A stretch of DNA of 49,705 bases from Chiloscyllium plagiosum (lineage: Eukaryota), in NCBI RefSeq assembly GCF_004010195.1, contig NC_057719.1, positions 85,442,923-85,492,627 on the forward strand, in the 5' to 3' direction. Position 1 is the stretch's first letter. The number at the start of each line of letters is the position of its first letter. Under the pieces are notes generated by a model that was not told the origin of the DNA, did not search any database, and was given only the letters and a program-made list of their open reading frames with translations. Positions 1 through 13,968 of the stretch are shown here, in pieces. The position numbers and the translations under genes are program-made.

Positions 1-3000
1 ATGTTAGAGGTGTGGAATACACTGCCTGCAACAGTAGTGAACCTACCAACATTAAGGGCATTTAAATGGTCATTGGATAAACATATGGATGGTAATGGAA
101 TAGTGTAGGTTAACTGGTGCAACATCAAGGGATGAAGGGCTGTTCTATGATACTGTGTGAATTAGACCATATTTATTTAACAGGGTACTTATATTGTGGA
201 AAATAATCGATTTATCCTGACTGAAAATGCTGCAATATTATGATGCATGTTCTTATTTAATTTGATCAAATGGAAATAAACTGTTTCAAAATTCTGTGTG
301 CTAGGGTAAATCGTTGGGGATGGAGGTGGATGGGTATGTCAGCCAAGATGGGCATGGTTAAGTTTGGGATGTTTGAGACTAATATGCTACTAATATGCTA
401 TTTGAACACTTGAGGCTAGAGCTGTCAAAAACATAGTTCCAGTTGGGTTGGATTTTCATAGAGGTGAAAACCAACAGTTTTGATGAATCGATTACCCTAA
501 AGCTGGCCTGCCGTTTGAACATTGCATGAGGATTTCTCAAGGCTTGGGTGACTGGCTGGAGAAGGGAAGGAAAACTGATCGAGATATATCGTAGAATGGA
601 AAGTAATGTCCTTGATTTGCTTGATATGATGAACAATCTTAAATCTTGTGAGGTGTTTAAATCTGTGTTTATTTAGGTGATAACTGTAACATTTAAGAAT
701 ATTATACTTCATTCATTAACTGCACTGTTTGTCTGGTCCTGAACCACAACCAGAAAATGGATGCTTCAACTATACAGTTTGTTGTTTTAGTGCAGCAGCT
801 GAGATTTTGAAAGGGGAATAAGCCCCTCCCTTCCTGGTTACCTCTGATAGAAAGTCCAAAAGAGTAGGGATTAGCAACCAAAAGAGAAAATGGAAAATCT
901 CAGCAGGTCTGGCAGCATCGGTAAGGGGAGAAAAGAGCTGATGTTTCGAGTCTAACTGACCCTTTATCTAAGCTGAGTAGGTATTAGCTGTGGGTGGGAC
1001 TGGGATTCATAGAATCTCACTGGGATCAGAATCAGCTGTGGTGTTCTTCAAAACACATCAGGTGAACCTGAGGAAGTAAATTTCTACTTTCCATGGCTAA
1101 AACAAAACTTTAAAAAAGCTAAATGTTTGTTTATCTGATCTGGTATTTTCGTTGAGTCAGGTTTACTGCATGGAAAGAGGCACTTTGACCCAACTTGTAT
1201 ATGCCACCTGGTTTTCACAATTAAACTAGTCCCATTTGCCTGCATCTCATCCATTTCCCTCCACATCTATAACATCCGTATGTCTGTCCAAATGTTTCTT
1301 AAATGATGAAATTGTATTCACTTCCACCACTATCTCTCGCAGCCCGTTCTAGGCACTCTCCGGAAGCTTTTGTATTTCTCCCATTAAACCTATGCCCTCT
1401 AGTTTTAGACTCCCCTGCCAAGGGGAAAGGCTGTTGATGATCTACCTTATCTACACCTCCCATGATTTTGTAGACTTCTATAAGGTCACCCCTCAGATAC
1501 CTATGCTCCAGGCGATTTAAAAAAAAATCCCAACCTATCCAGCCTTTCCCTTTAACTCTAAACTTTCCTTTGTATGCAAACTCTGAGGAAGGGTCGCTGG
1601 ACCTGAAATGTTAACTGTTATTTCTCTCCACAGATGCTGCCAGACCTGCTGAGCTTTTGCAGCAATTTGTTTTTGTTGTCATAAATATTCTCTGACAGAG
1701 TGATGCAAGTTGAAGCTGTGAGCTGTTTAAGGCTGCCTATACAAAAACTTCATCCAGACTAATAGTACAACCGTCTATACACTGAATTGGAAAATCATGC
1801 CTTTTTTTTATATACTCATCAGATTAGTTAAAAAACATTAAATGAAATATCACCAGTTTGAAATGATCAGGCTTCTTCACTTCAGGAGTCCATAGAAAAG
1901 CAATCATCGTGATAACCTTCAGTTGTCAAGTTTCTCCTTAACTCTGATGACTCCAACCAGAACGTTATGGTTGAATTTGCCGAGGTGTCCCATAATACCA
2001 AAGCAGTCAAATCGATACAAACACAAACCGGTACCAGTGCAAAACTGTCCCAACTTCATTAGGAACAAATTTACAATAAACTTTAATACTAAACATACTA
2101 TTTTTAATGCTATTTGGCCGCTTATGTTTACGATACTTCCCAAGTCTCTTGTAAATGTATATAGTGTCTCTGTCTCTGGGTCTGTGAACCTGCTTTCTCT
2201 TGCGCTCTCTGTTCTATCTGGATGGTCAGCTGGTCTCCTTGGAAAGCCTCAAGATTCCAAGAGAGGTCTGCAGGTGAACTCTGTGTTTTTATACCTTTTT
2301 AGATTTATTTTTCCTGGTAATTTCCATAGTTCTAGCCAATCAGGGAGGTACGCTTAATAGTTTGAAACAGAATCAATCATTTGGATGGCATGAAACTGTA
2401 CATTTCTTTTTTCAGCAGGACCAGACTTCTGTTTGGTCCCTCCTTTGTTTGGTGGATAAGTTGTTACGGGCATGTCTGTCCAGGAAAATATTGCCTTTTA
2501 CAGTAAGCTAATGTCACTAGCATCTGGCTACTGTTTGCACGGTGTCTGGTGTGTGAGTTTTGTGATTTCAGAGTTTAACTTGGCTGATGCACCCAGCATC
2601 CCTTGCTGTTTGGCCAAGTTAGCAATCAATCTGTGTTTTTGCAGCCTGAAGGTTTCTACCTTCCAGTATAAATTATCTTTGTTAAACATAAAGAAGATAT
2701 TGGTGGATCATGTAGCTTGCCTGAAACAAACAACCTCTTGTCTTCCTGAGTCTGTGAATTGAATCCCTGTCTTTGAAAACCTGATGAATGCATCCGTGCC
2801 TGGTTCTTTTTAATCTGTGTTTACAAACCAAGACTTTTGGTCTGAGGACCTCACTGGGGGTGTGCAAGGCAAAACACCTCCAGAAACATTGGAATGAAGA
2901 CGGCAAAACAATTTTCTAATTGTCAATCAACCTTTATTTTGAGGGACAATAACAAAAGCCTGGCCTTTCCTAGAAAAATGTGTGAATTTTCAACTTTAAA

Positions 3001-4315
3001 CAATTTTATTGTTCTAGCAGGTGGGACTAGTTTCGGTTGGGTTATCTGGTTAGCATGGACAAGTTGGACCAAAGGGTCTGTTTCCCTGATGTATATCTCT
3101 ATGACTCTAAGCTGTAACCTTGAAATAAATTGTTTCCTCAATTTTCTCTAGAACATTGCCACATATTGTAATTTTTCACAATGCCGATTTAAAATAAAGC
3201 CAGTGTATGGACTGTCTGCTCTGTACTGTTGGAATACTGACATTAATTCAAAAAAGGTTGACAGGAAGTAAGAGTTGCAGAAAGAGGAATTGTCAGTAGG
3301 CAAGTGAAGGTGTTGACATACATAGTGTAAAACAGCTTTGATAGCTTTAAGCTATCCAGGAATACTGTAAAATACTGGTACAACTGATGATCAGACACAG
3401 CAATATTCAGTTGTTGAGAAACCAAAAGATTAGTGCAGAATAAGACCCTTTTGCTTTTCACTTTCTCCTCTATCTAGTATTCCCCCAACATCTTGCCCTA
3501 TTCTTTCCTCCCTTCTAATTCACCCCATTACAATGCAGTTTTATTGAGGTATTCTTGCACCTCCAGAACCTGCTTCAATTTACCCTTCTGCAATGTTATA
3601 CTTGTATGTGACATTGCCAACCTTCCTGAAGGTGTTCTTTTTTTCTTGAGGAGGAAAACCTATAAAGCAGGTAACAATGTACTGAGCTTAATCTTTTTCT
3701 CAGCACTTGACAGATTTCTTCTTTACACTAATTGTCTTTCATATTTGCAAAGATTCTATTGAGTGACAAATTTATTATTAAGATTGGTGAAATTTTATTT
3801 CTCCCAAGCTTTCAGTCGTCTGTCAAGACTCGGTAGGTAACTTATTTGCACAATTGTTTCAGTATTCTTTTGCATTTGATTGGTGCGGATGCAAGTTCAT
3901 CTAGTCACTTCTGTCTACTGAAATCGTCAACCGCCTAAGAAGTGTTCGGTGTCCATCTGAGGACGAGGCAAGTGAAGGCACTCTGTTAGGTCATATGCCA
4001 CATAAGTGTAACAATGGTTGGTATTGTCCTGGATGAAACAACAGTGTGACACAGAAGATGGAGCATCTAGGTCAGTGCTCTCATGTTCCCATATACACCC
4101 AAATTACTTGGCTGCTGTGTTAATATCAAGCAGGACCAGTTTGGTGCATGTGTGTAATTTGTGAAACACATTTATTCTCTAACAGGCCTAGCACACAGTA
4201 TAATACAACATCTAGGTATCTTTCATGTACATTTCAACCAGTGTTGTGTGGTGGTCCACTTGTTGACAATTGCTTGTTGACATTGCATCATTGAGCTCCC
4301 ACTGCTGTATGGGTC

Positions 4316-4915
4316 GCTTTGGAGTATCAAAATAAGAAAGTCTTGCTATAAATATAGAAGTCAGTCCATACCTGGAATACTGTGAATAATCTTTGTCCCT
4401 TCCTCAAAGGGAAGACAGAGTAGAATTGGATACAGTCCAGAGATGGTTAACAACATTGATCCAGCATATGGAGGAGTTTTCGTAAGAGGAAGAGTTTGAG
4501 TATGTTTGGCTTGTACTCATTTGAATTTGGAAAAAAACGTGGTGACTTTATCAAAATGTATAAGGCGGCTTGACAGGATAGCTGCTGGGAGATTGTTTCC
4601 CCTGGGGAGAGTCGAGGACAAGAGCTATAATCTCAGTAAAGGATTGTCTAGTTAAGGCAGAGATGAGAAAGGACTTCTTCTCTTAGAGATTAGTATATCT
4701 CTGGAATTCTTTACCATGAAGGGTTGTGGAAGCTGGTCCATTCACTATATTTTTAGCTGAGGGAGACTGACTGACTGATTTTTATTTTTAATTAGTAAGG
4801 GAATCGAGAGGTATGGGGAAAAAAGCAAGGAAGTGGAGTTGAGAAACACCAAATGAGTCTTGAATCTCACTGAATAATGTAGCAAATTTGATGGGCCAAA
4901 TGACCTACTTCTGCA
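4316..4915 (+). mobile_element. Degenerate CR1-clade LINE 3' fragment
   Basis: Similar to 10700-11290 (PYLEYC, FFS.R...LWNSLP remnants). Confidence 0.7.
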
Positions 4916-6078
4916 TTTGGACATTATAGTTCATCTGAGCTGGGAATGTCCCATGTACTGATTGCTTCTCCCTAGATCTGATGGTGTTGTTGGCAGTCAC
5001 TAAGGATAGGATTCATTACTGCAGAAATGCATGTGGTTGATTATTGAGCTGGAAGTTGCTGTTCAAGCTCACATACTTTAATCAAAACAACCTGTTTATC
5101 CAAAACGCACTGACTGAAAATTTTGTCAGTAAGCCAATTTTAAAAACATCGCTTTTTGTTTTGTGGAACTGGGAAAATATTCTGGGCTTAATTTCCATCC
5201 TAAACTTCACTTAAACCTGGCATCTTATCACTGGCTGCAGTGGATACGTATTTAATTATTTAAGGTGTATATTAAAATATTTAAACATACTTGTCAACAA
5301 TCCAACTCCTTTCATCTCTGTAATGTTGTCTTACCCTACATTTACCTCAGCTCAATTTTCTGCAATTCCATTGATATTTATGCAATGCATATTCTTAGCT
5401 CTTCTGCATCACTGATTTTAATTGCTCCATAATTGGGGCCGTGTCTTTAGTTGCCAAGGGCTTGAGCTAATGTATTCCCTCCCTACCCTGCTTAAAGCCA
5501 TCTTTAAAATCCTCTCAGTTCCATGTACACCCCTGCTGCTTAATTTTCCTTGACTAACAAGAATCTACCACATTCTGGTTCAAAATTAATGATTTACTGT
5601 TTGCAGAAGTGTTCCAAACTTTATTACCATTTGCGTGAAGAAATGTTTTCTAATTTTCACTTCTGCTTCCAAGTTTGAGATTACATCTTCTGCTGCTATA
5701 TTTCCCAACTAAAGGAAATCATTTCTTCCAGTCAGACCTATCTATTTTGTTTAATAATTGAATGTTTTGATCAAATCTTCCTTTAACCTCTAAGTTCCAG
5801 GGAATTACAACACGAGGATATTTAACCTCTCCTTCTAGCTGAACTCTCAGTTGTAATATCTTTCCAGTAAACGTACACTGTAGTCCTTTTGAGGCCATTT
5901 TATCCTGTATAAGATGTGGAGCACAGAATTGCTCAGTTTTCCAGGTACGATCAGACCAGAGCTTTGTGCAGCTGACATATGATTTCTACTTCCTTGTATT
6001 CTGTTGCCCTCTTAATAAATGCCAGTATTCTCTTCACTTTTTAAAATTGTTTTCTGTACTGGCTTGTGATATTTTTAT

Positions 6079-6169
6079 AGGTAAAAACAATGACTGCAGA
6101 TGCTGGAAACCAGATTCTGGATTAGTAGTGCTGGAAGAGCACATCAGTTCAGGCAGCATCCGAGGAGCA
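6079..6169 (-). mobile_element. Short Penelope-derived 3'-end insertion
   Basis: TSD gtgatatttttat at 6066-6078 and 6170-6182; nearly identical to 34296-34371. Confidence 0.7.
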
Positions 6170-7483
6170 GTGATATTTTTATTATGAATACCTTGACATT
6201 GAAGACTCTTTGACCTTCACTGTTTCTAGCTTTCCACCATTAAGAAAACATCCTGTTCCATTTTTTTTTGGGTTCAAGTTGGATGACCTGACGTTGAAAT
6301 CAATCTACTACAGCTTTGCTTATTCAATTTTTAAATATAACTATACACTTACGATAGTGCCTATCTTTGTCATTGATAAAATATCCCATTACAATTTGTG
6401 TTAAATTTCACCTGCCACTTGCCCACCCATTCAACCAACCTATTTATGGGTCATAATGCTTACAAGTCCATTAATTTTGAAATGTAAATTAAAATACATG
6501 TAAATATTACAGATGAAGGAATGATCCGCCCCATCACCTCCCCACACCACACCACCCCTCGCCTCTCTCTCCCCCCACCCCTGACCCACCAACCACCTTC
6601 CCCAGGTTTGAAAATCAACCATTCACCACTGCTCTTTCCTATAGATTTCCAGATTTTGTAATTTTGTTGCCATTGTTCCTTCAACATTGTTGTGCAGCCT
6701 GTTTTATTTAAAATCAATCATTTTGCTATTTTATTGTCAGTTTATGTACAGCTGTGCTTTAGATCCTTGATGGATACAGCATCGCATAAATCCTGTACCT
6801 AATAGCTTTAGAGAGCAAGTTACTGCTGAACTTTGTACACACCATGCCACTGTTTCAGTCAGAATGTGTCACTTTACCTCAACTAACACCTTGTTTGGTT
6901 AGCCATTAGGAATCAGTGTTATTCTTGTCTTTGTAGACATAAGCACATCTCCTATCCAGGCAAATTCTATTTCATATTGGCAATGAACACTTTGAATCTT
7001 GAGTGGGATAGCGAGCCTTCTCTGAATTTGAAGGCCTCGTTTATAGCCTGTAAACACAGCTTTGCACCACAAGCTAGCCGGCATTGAAAGAGTGCTCTGG
7101 GCAGCTGGATTGCCTGGCCAAATAGCCAGTGTGTTTGGAGGTTCCATATACACATTGGCCACATTTTTATCATCAGACCTCTCTATTATCTCATTGGAAA
7201 ACTCAATCAAATTAATCAGTCATGATTTACTTATTATAATTCTGTTCTGGCTTTCTTTGATCCACATTTGTCTAAGTGACTATTAATTTTGACCTTTTAT
7301 TAGTATTTCTGAAAGCTTTGCCTCCACCAGGGTTAAACTGACTGGCTGCTGTTGCTGGGTTTATCCTAGCACCTTTCCGGAATGAGGACATAATATTTGC
7401 AATGTTCCAGTTATCTGATACCATCCCTCTAAATGAGGTCCTAGTGACTTATCTAATGTATTTTTCTTTTTAAATTTTGGCAG

Positions 7484-7605
7484 CTTGGGTGCAAGAACTG
7501 CGGCCATGCGTATTGTTCATCATGTCTCAGCTATAGCACCTTGGTCCCTCGTTGTGGGAATACACAGCAAAAGGTCTGCAGGCAGTGCCATGGAACCCTC
7601 ACAAG
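7484..7605 (+). CDS. ZFYVE19: ZFYVE19 exon, FYVE-type finger ([40 protein letters not shown])
   Basis: Pyrimidine tract plus CAG acceptor, AG|GTATTC donor; Cys spacing of a FYVE domain. Confidence 0.93.
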
Positions 7606-8398
7606 GTATTCACGAGTTACTGAGATCATACGTGTGTAGTAGCATGAGCCACATCTCTCCATAACAATATAAAACCTGAACAATAAAGGAAGTTAATCAA
7701 CTATTCTCATTCATGGTGACACTAGAGCACAACCTTATGGTGACACAGCAGAATAGTGAGACACAAAGAGAGGACTGAGAAATAAGTTGTGTAAATATCT
7801 GAAGAAGAGTCATTTTGGACTTGAATCATTAACTCTATTCTCTCTCCACAGATGCTGCCAAACCTGCTGAGTTCTCCAGCACTCTGTGTTTCAGATTTCC
7901 AGCATCCACAGTATTTTGTATTTATGTATGTTGGTGTGCTGGAAGGTAAAGTTGAGCTAATAACCTCCTATCTCTTTCCTGTTTAGCACAGACAGGACAG
8001 AACAAGAAATGAAATAATGTAGTTTAGCTTGTTGGTACTTAAGTTACAATTTTGTCTCTATCACCCAACTATCCAAATAGTTGCAGATGAATGATAAATG
8101 GTGGATTTTACATTACAGCAGCATGACTATGTGAATATATTATTGCTGGCTTATGTTGGTACCTGTTATAATCAGGCTAGCTGTGTTTTTGATTGATGCT
8201 TCAGTATGTTCCAACTGTTCTATAGGTTCCAATCATGTCTTTATGCAGTGAAAGGGGAGACATTGCTTGGCAGGCACAGAAGGTTAGCTTTGTTCTGTGA
8301 TTTCACCCTTTGGACTCAGCAGTAGTACATAAGATATGAAGATGCAAAAATGGAGCAGCGAGAATCTTTGAAGAAAATATTTGTTTGTTCTTTCACAG

Positions 8399-8452
8399 AT
8401 CTGGGAAACAGGATAATGCTGCAAAATGGTCTCCACCAGAGAATTACAAAAA
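8399..8452 (+). CDS. ZFYVE19: ZFYVE19 exon (SGKQDNAAKWSPPENYK)
   Basis: tttcacag acceptor, GTGAGT donor, phase 2-2, conserved KWSPP.NYKK. Confidence 0.92.
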
Positions 8453-9273
8453 GTGAGTAGTTGATTGACAATTCTACACTGGCAAATTGTATTTGTTACT
8501 GTCAAGGTATGAGTTCCATCACCACCATTGTGGAACTTGAACTGAACAACCTTGATAGAAACGAAATTAGGAACATCTGAAAGAGAAAACTGGTTTGCTG
8601 ATTGAAGGAGCAGTAATACGTGATTTAATACATATTCACTGCTTAGTTATCTTCTGGCTGATCTGTACCTCCTGTTACCTACTTTTTAATCTAAATCCCT
8701 GTCTAAGATTTTTAAATGGAATTGGAAACTGATGAGGGTTGGAACTCAGCAACATGTGAATGCCGAAATTTTAAAGTTTCCCTGAGTTTAACATGTAGAA
8801 TTTGTCCTGCATTTGTCTGTCCCTCCTGTGTTTAAAGTGGTACAATGCTAATGTTGATTTGTGTCTCTTTTTGTATGTGTTTCACTGTGTGTGTATGTGG
8901 GTGTGTGTCTATCCCTGCCTGCCGTGGGACACACTTTGTCTTGGATAGAAGTTGGAACGAATGAAAGAGTGATGAACAAAGGCTCAGAATCTCATGCTCT
9001 TGCTCTTGCTCTCAGTTCCTCTTATGCTTCATGTAATGCTCCCTATGCTACTGCCCAAGTGGTAAATTTTCTTTGAGAAACAGTCAATTCCAGTGAATCT
9101 CTCAGGCTGCACAGTTGTTTCGTTCTTTGAACAATGTCTTTGGAGAAATGGAGCAATTTTGTCCGGTCACTTTCATCTGATTACTTTTGAGATATGAGCA
9201 GAAGGAGATTAACATACCTAGTGCTAGTCTCACCACTTCCATTTTTAATTTCTTTTCAGAGAAGATTACAAAT

Positions 9274-9656
9274 TCATAGAATCCCTACAGTATGGAAAGA
9301 GGGTATTTGGCCCAACAAGTCCACAGCGACTCTCTGAGGAGCATCCCATCCAGATCCTCACTTTCCCCTCCTTCCCCTGCTCACCCGTCTCCCTTCAGAA
9401 AAAAAAGTCCCTGTAACCCTGCATGTCCTATGGTTAATCCACCTAACCTACATGTCTCTGGACGCTGTGGGCAATTTAGCATGGCCAATCCACCTAACCT
9501 GCACATCTTTAGATTGTGTGAGGAAACTGGAGCACCCAGAGGAAACTCATGCAGAGATGGGGAGAATTTGCAAACTCCGTGGTGTCTTACTGGGACTGAA
9601 ATTGAGCCTGGGTCCCTGTGAGGCAGCAGCACGAACCACTGGCCACCGTGCTGCCC
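9274..9656 (-). mobile_element. HE1-type SINE, diverged
   Basis: Reverse-complement similarity to 12033-12357, with a small internal duplication. Confidence 0.75.
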
Positions 9657-10080
9657 TAAATTGTTACACTGTAACAAATTCACCTTGTCTCCTTACAAAA
9701 TGGTTTACTTGGAGTTGCCTGAATAGAGTTGCAATGGAGATACTCAATTTAATGTGTATAATTTCAAGAATACTGCCCAAAGACAAATAACTGTGGGTTA
9801 GATAACTACAAATAACTATAAAAATACCTTAGAGGAAATAAAAATATTTCTTTACATGAGCATCTTCCCCCACTCTGCGGGACCTCAGTAACAATTGCAA
9901 TCCTCTCCACACAAGCCATGTGTGTGCATTCTCAGAACGACTGTTAACAACTTCCACAAATAAAACTCGCCTTTTGAAAACGCAGGAATGTATGAACGGA
10001 AACCGCTATTGATGTGCTTCTCAATGCAATTAATATACTTATGTAGCCCCATAATGCTTTCTTCTGGGTCTCTAATCTAG

Positions 10081-10232
10081 GCGAGTAGCTGCTCTGGAGG
10101 CTAAACAACAGGAACAAACAGCAGCAAACAAAGCGGGTAGTCACACACCAAACATGAAGTATCTAGGTCTATCAAAAGAGGACCGAGCCATTGCTGAGCG
10201 ACTGGAGAAGTTAAAGGAAGAAACCAAACTGA
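10081..10232 (+). CDS. ZFYVE19: ZFYVE19 exon (RVAALEAKQQ...LSKEDRAIAERLEKLKEETKL)
   Basis: ctag acceptor, GTGAGT donor, phase 2-1, open frame. Confidence 0.92.
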
Positions 10233-10282
10233 GTGAGTGATCATTTTTAATCAGAACAATTTCACTGCATACAATAGAAGTC

Positions 10283-11298
10283 GAGGAAGCAGGGAGTGGG
10301 GATAAAAGGGTCCTTCTCTGGATGGCAACTAGTGACAAGTGGTGTTCTGCAAGGGTCAGTGTTGGGATCGTAACTTTTCACTTTATACATTAAGGATCTG
10401 TATGAAAGAGCTGAGGACATTCTGGATAGGTAGAGGGACAGGTCGCATTGAGGAGGCGGGGAGGTTGCAGAAAGATTTGGACAGTGCGCCAAGATGGAAT
10501 TCAACGTGGGAAAGTGTGAGATCATGCACTTTGATAGAAAGAATAGAGGCATGGACTATTTTCTAAATGGGGAGAAAATTCAGAAGTCTGAAGTGCAAGG
10601 AGACTTGGGAGTTCTATTCCAGGATTCTCTAAAGGTAAACTTCCAGGTTGAGTCAGTAGTTAGGAAGGCAAATGCAATGATAACATTTATTTTGAGAGGA
10701 CTTGAATATAAAAGCAGGGATATCTTCTTAGGCTCTATAAGGCTCTGGTCAGATCACATTTGGAGTATTGTGCAGAGTTTTGGGCCCCATTTCTCAGGAA
10801 GGATGTACTGACCCTGAAGGGTGTTCAGAGGAGGTTCACGAGAATGGTTCCGGAAATGAAAAGCTTAACATATAAGGAACATTTGAGGACTCTGGATTTA
10901 TAGTCGATGGAGTTTAGAAGGATGAAGGGGGATCTAATTGAAACATACAGAATAGTAAATGGCCTGGACAGAGTAGATATTGGAAAGATGTTTCTATTGG
11001 TAGGAGAGACTAGGACCTGAGAGCACAGCCTTAGAGTGAAGACCTTTTAGAACAGAGATGAAGAAAAACTTCTTCAGCCAGAGAGTGATGAATCTATGGA
11101 ATTCATTGTCATAGAAGGCTGTGGAAGCCAGGTCATTGAGTATATTTAAGACTGAGATAAGATAGGTTCTTGAGTATCAAGGGTTACAGGGAGAAAGTGG
11201 GAGAATGGGGTTGAGAAACTTATTCCCCATGATTGAATGGAGGAGCAGACTCGATGGGCTGAATGGCTTAATTTCTGCTCCAATGTCTAATGGTCTTT
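10283..11298 (+). mobile_element. CR1-clade LINE 3' fragment (HER1-like), frameshifted
   Basis: SGVLQGSVLG, MEFNVGKCEIMHF, DLGV and FFSQRV..LWNSL remnants. Confidence 0.85.
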
Positions 11299-11492
11299 AT
11301 AGAACTTTTAGTTGAGCCTGGTAAGTAGTCTTGTCTAGGTCTGAGAACAGTCCAGGCCAATATGTACTACTGAAGGAGTTGCATTGCCTGAGGTGTTACA
11401 GATCGGAGGCTGAAAAATATTATACACTGTTTAAAATATGAGGATTTTTGAGTGTGTTGTGGTCAACATTGCTTTCCTCAATTCTGGATTAA

Positions 11493-11690
11493 CTGGTTGG
11501 TTAGCTCAGTTGGTTGGATGGCTGGTTTGTAATGCACAGTAACACCAATAACATGGGTTCAATTCCTGCACTGGCTGAGGACTGAAGGACTGTTAACCTC
11601 TGAGGTGTGATGACCCTCTGGTTAAACCACCACCAGTCATTTCTCTGTAATGGGAGAGTTCACCTATGGTCTCACAGGATCATGATAACA
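11493..11690 (+). mobile_element. Second tRNA-derived SINE family, diverged
   Basis: TAGCTCAGTTGG A box and GGTTCAATTCC B box followed by a non-tRNA body. Confidence 0.55.
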
Positions 11691-12032
11691 TTATGTTTAT
11701 CTTTAGATTGAGGTTCAGACACATCTCAAATCTGGAAGCCTGTATTTTTAATATTTACTAATGAAATGTACCCAGTCACTTGTAATTTATATTGGTATAG
11801 GTGATTTTGTAAGCAGAATGCAGAATGGTGCAACTTGTTCCCTCTAGGTTGAGGATACATGGGCCTATGCACATGTCATTTTTCGAGCAGATGGGTTAAC
11901 AAAAATTATTTAACCTACAACACCTGTCATTTATCCTTGCTATTTGTAGAATTTTTCTGGGTACGGACCAGCTAGTATTTTGCATTCCGTAACATTAGTG
12001 ATTATTCTTCAGACTAACTCATTACATATTGT

Positions 12033-12357
12033 GGGCGGCACGGTGGCACAGTGGTTAGCACTGCTGCCTCACAGCGCCAGAGACCCGGGTTCAATTCCCG
12101 ACTCAGGCGACTGACTGACTGTGTGGAGTTTGCACGTTCTCCCCGTGTCTGCGTGGGTTTCCTCCGGGTGCTCCGATTTCCTCCCACAGTCCGAAGATGT
12201 GCAGGGTCAGGTGAATTGGCCATGCTAAATTGCCCATAGTGTTAGGTTAAAGGGGTAAATGTAGGGGTAGGGGTATGGGTGGGTTGCGCTTCGGCGGGTC
12301 AGTGTGGACTTGTTGGGCCGAAGGGCCTGTTTCCACCCTGTAAGTAATCTAATCTAA
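12033..12357 (+). mobile_element. HE1-type tRNA-derived SINE
   Basis: A box TGGCACAGTGG, B box GGTTCAATTCC, CR1-like 3' tail ending in (AATCT)n. Confidence 0.85.
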
Positions 12358-13822
12358 TTTATATTGACCAGGAGACATTGTGGTTTATGATACAAGCCAT
12401 TTTTCTTGTTTGAATTGGATATGGCAGCGAGAGATGATGAATTCAAAACATGTGAGTCATGAGTATCACTGTTCCTGATTTCTGCTTTCACTGTGTCCCC
12501 AAACTGTCTTGGGCCAATTGGAGACTTACATTTACACTCCCCCAGTGATAACTTGTGGGAACCGGTGAAGGGACGCAATTTGTGCCCTTTACATGACAAA
12601 TCAGCGATGTTGCTTACCTGCTGTGTTTGCTGGGAAACAATCACAGCATCCAACACGTGGGAAAAGTAGTTAGTAGTCTGGAAGAATAGAAAACACCTCG
12701 GTGTGTAATGCAACTATCTCGTCATCCTTCAAGGTTTTGCAAGGTATATAATTACAAAGTTCCTGAAAGTACCATCCCCAACAGCGGTGAATAAATCTAG
12801 AACATTCAATTTTTTTTTTGGAATTGGTTGTTCCCAGTGGTAAAAAGCTGGGTAACTGGACAAAACACACGGGAAGTAATTTCCTGAAGAATTCGTGCCA
12901 AGGTGAAATTTGCTTTTGTCACAGAAGTTGTTGCAACCTGATTTGCAATGTTTGAGTGGAGGGTAGAAGCAAACTCAATAATACCTTTCTGAAAGGGGAG
13001 AATTTGCAATGTGTTCAAGGAAGTTACCTTGGAGCAATCGGCAAATTAAAGTTGCCTGCTGTTAATTAAACCAAACACCCAGAAAAACTAAACACCCACC
13101 CTCGCCTCGTAAATCTGTTAAAATATGAGTGGTAGAGAACTCCCAAATTTGAAGACAATAACATCAATTCATGTTTTTAACTCTGAAAGTGAACATTAAA
13201 CAACAATTAATCACAACTCTAAGACCCCCCTCCCTTTCTCTTAACTGCTTATTATCTGCCTCAAACACCATAACAATACACTGTTCCAATTAGACCCTTA
13301 TTAAAATTACATCGTTAATTTCAAAACCACACAGCCATTGTTGTCATCAGTGTCTTTCTTCTTCTGGCTGAAGATTTCCCTGGGTTGTCATCTTTCTTCC
13401 ATGTGGCAAAGTCCTGATGTCTAGTTTGTTTGGTGCTTTTGGCAAGCGATGAAGCTGACTCTCATCATCTTGGGACTGGCACAGACAGTGAAATGTTTTA
13501 AAATGTAGTCACTGTTGTAACATTTACAAATCACCCTGAAATTCCCTTCATTCAAATTGAATCAACCCTTAAGCTGGAACATTTTGCTGACAGTGTCTGG
13601 AAAAATGTTCTTCTTTGCTGTGATTTTTACAAAATTCAAGAATAGCAATCAGGAGAAACAAAATTGAATATGTTCATGATATGAAAACTTACAGATGATC
13701 CATTTGGACTGGTCCTCACCTAGAATGCCAAAAATGTTGCAACCCTTAGATAGGGAATGGATTGGATCACTCCCTGGTTCCCCGTTGCTTTCCATGCCAT
13801 AACATGTTCCTTTTTGTTGCAG

Positions 13823-13968
13823 AATCTATACCTTCTCAGCAGGAGATTGAAATGCGATTGGCCGCACTAAAGAAGGACCCTCAGCGACCTATACTCTCCA
13901 CAGCAGAGATGGAGGACAGATTAGCTCTGTTAAAGGGTCAGCCACCACCTTCAAAAGCACCCAGACCT
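13823..13968 (+). CDS. ZFYVE19: ZFYVE19 exon (SIPSQQEIEMRLAALKKDPQRPILSTAEMEDRLALLKGQPPPSKAPRP)
   Basis: ttgttgcag acceptor, GTAAGG donor, phase 1-0; lies inside ORF 13762..13980. Confidence 0.93.

Noticed and set aside
1583..1615. Active sense-strand hammerhead in the presumed ZFYVE19 intron 1
   Set aside because: The core is present but the 5' strand of stem I is missing, and the copy near 7799 has core mutations; both are probably inactive.
379..3762. Short ORFs of 60-144 aa here and similar ones throughout the window
   Set aside because: No recognisable motifs or splice support; they are chance ORFs or antisense to exons and repeats.
1..7483. First coding exon of ZFYVE19 (expected roughly M..RCYGCA.KF..FKKE)
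   Set aside because: No matching exon found. TGTTACGGG at about 2462 gives CYG but continues HVCPG with no fitting donor, so the exon is probably upstream of the window.
12033..12110. tRNA gene
   Set aside because: The A/B boxes continue into a SINE body and a LINE-like tail repeated elsewhere in the window; no complete cloverleaf.
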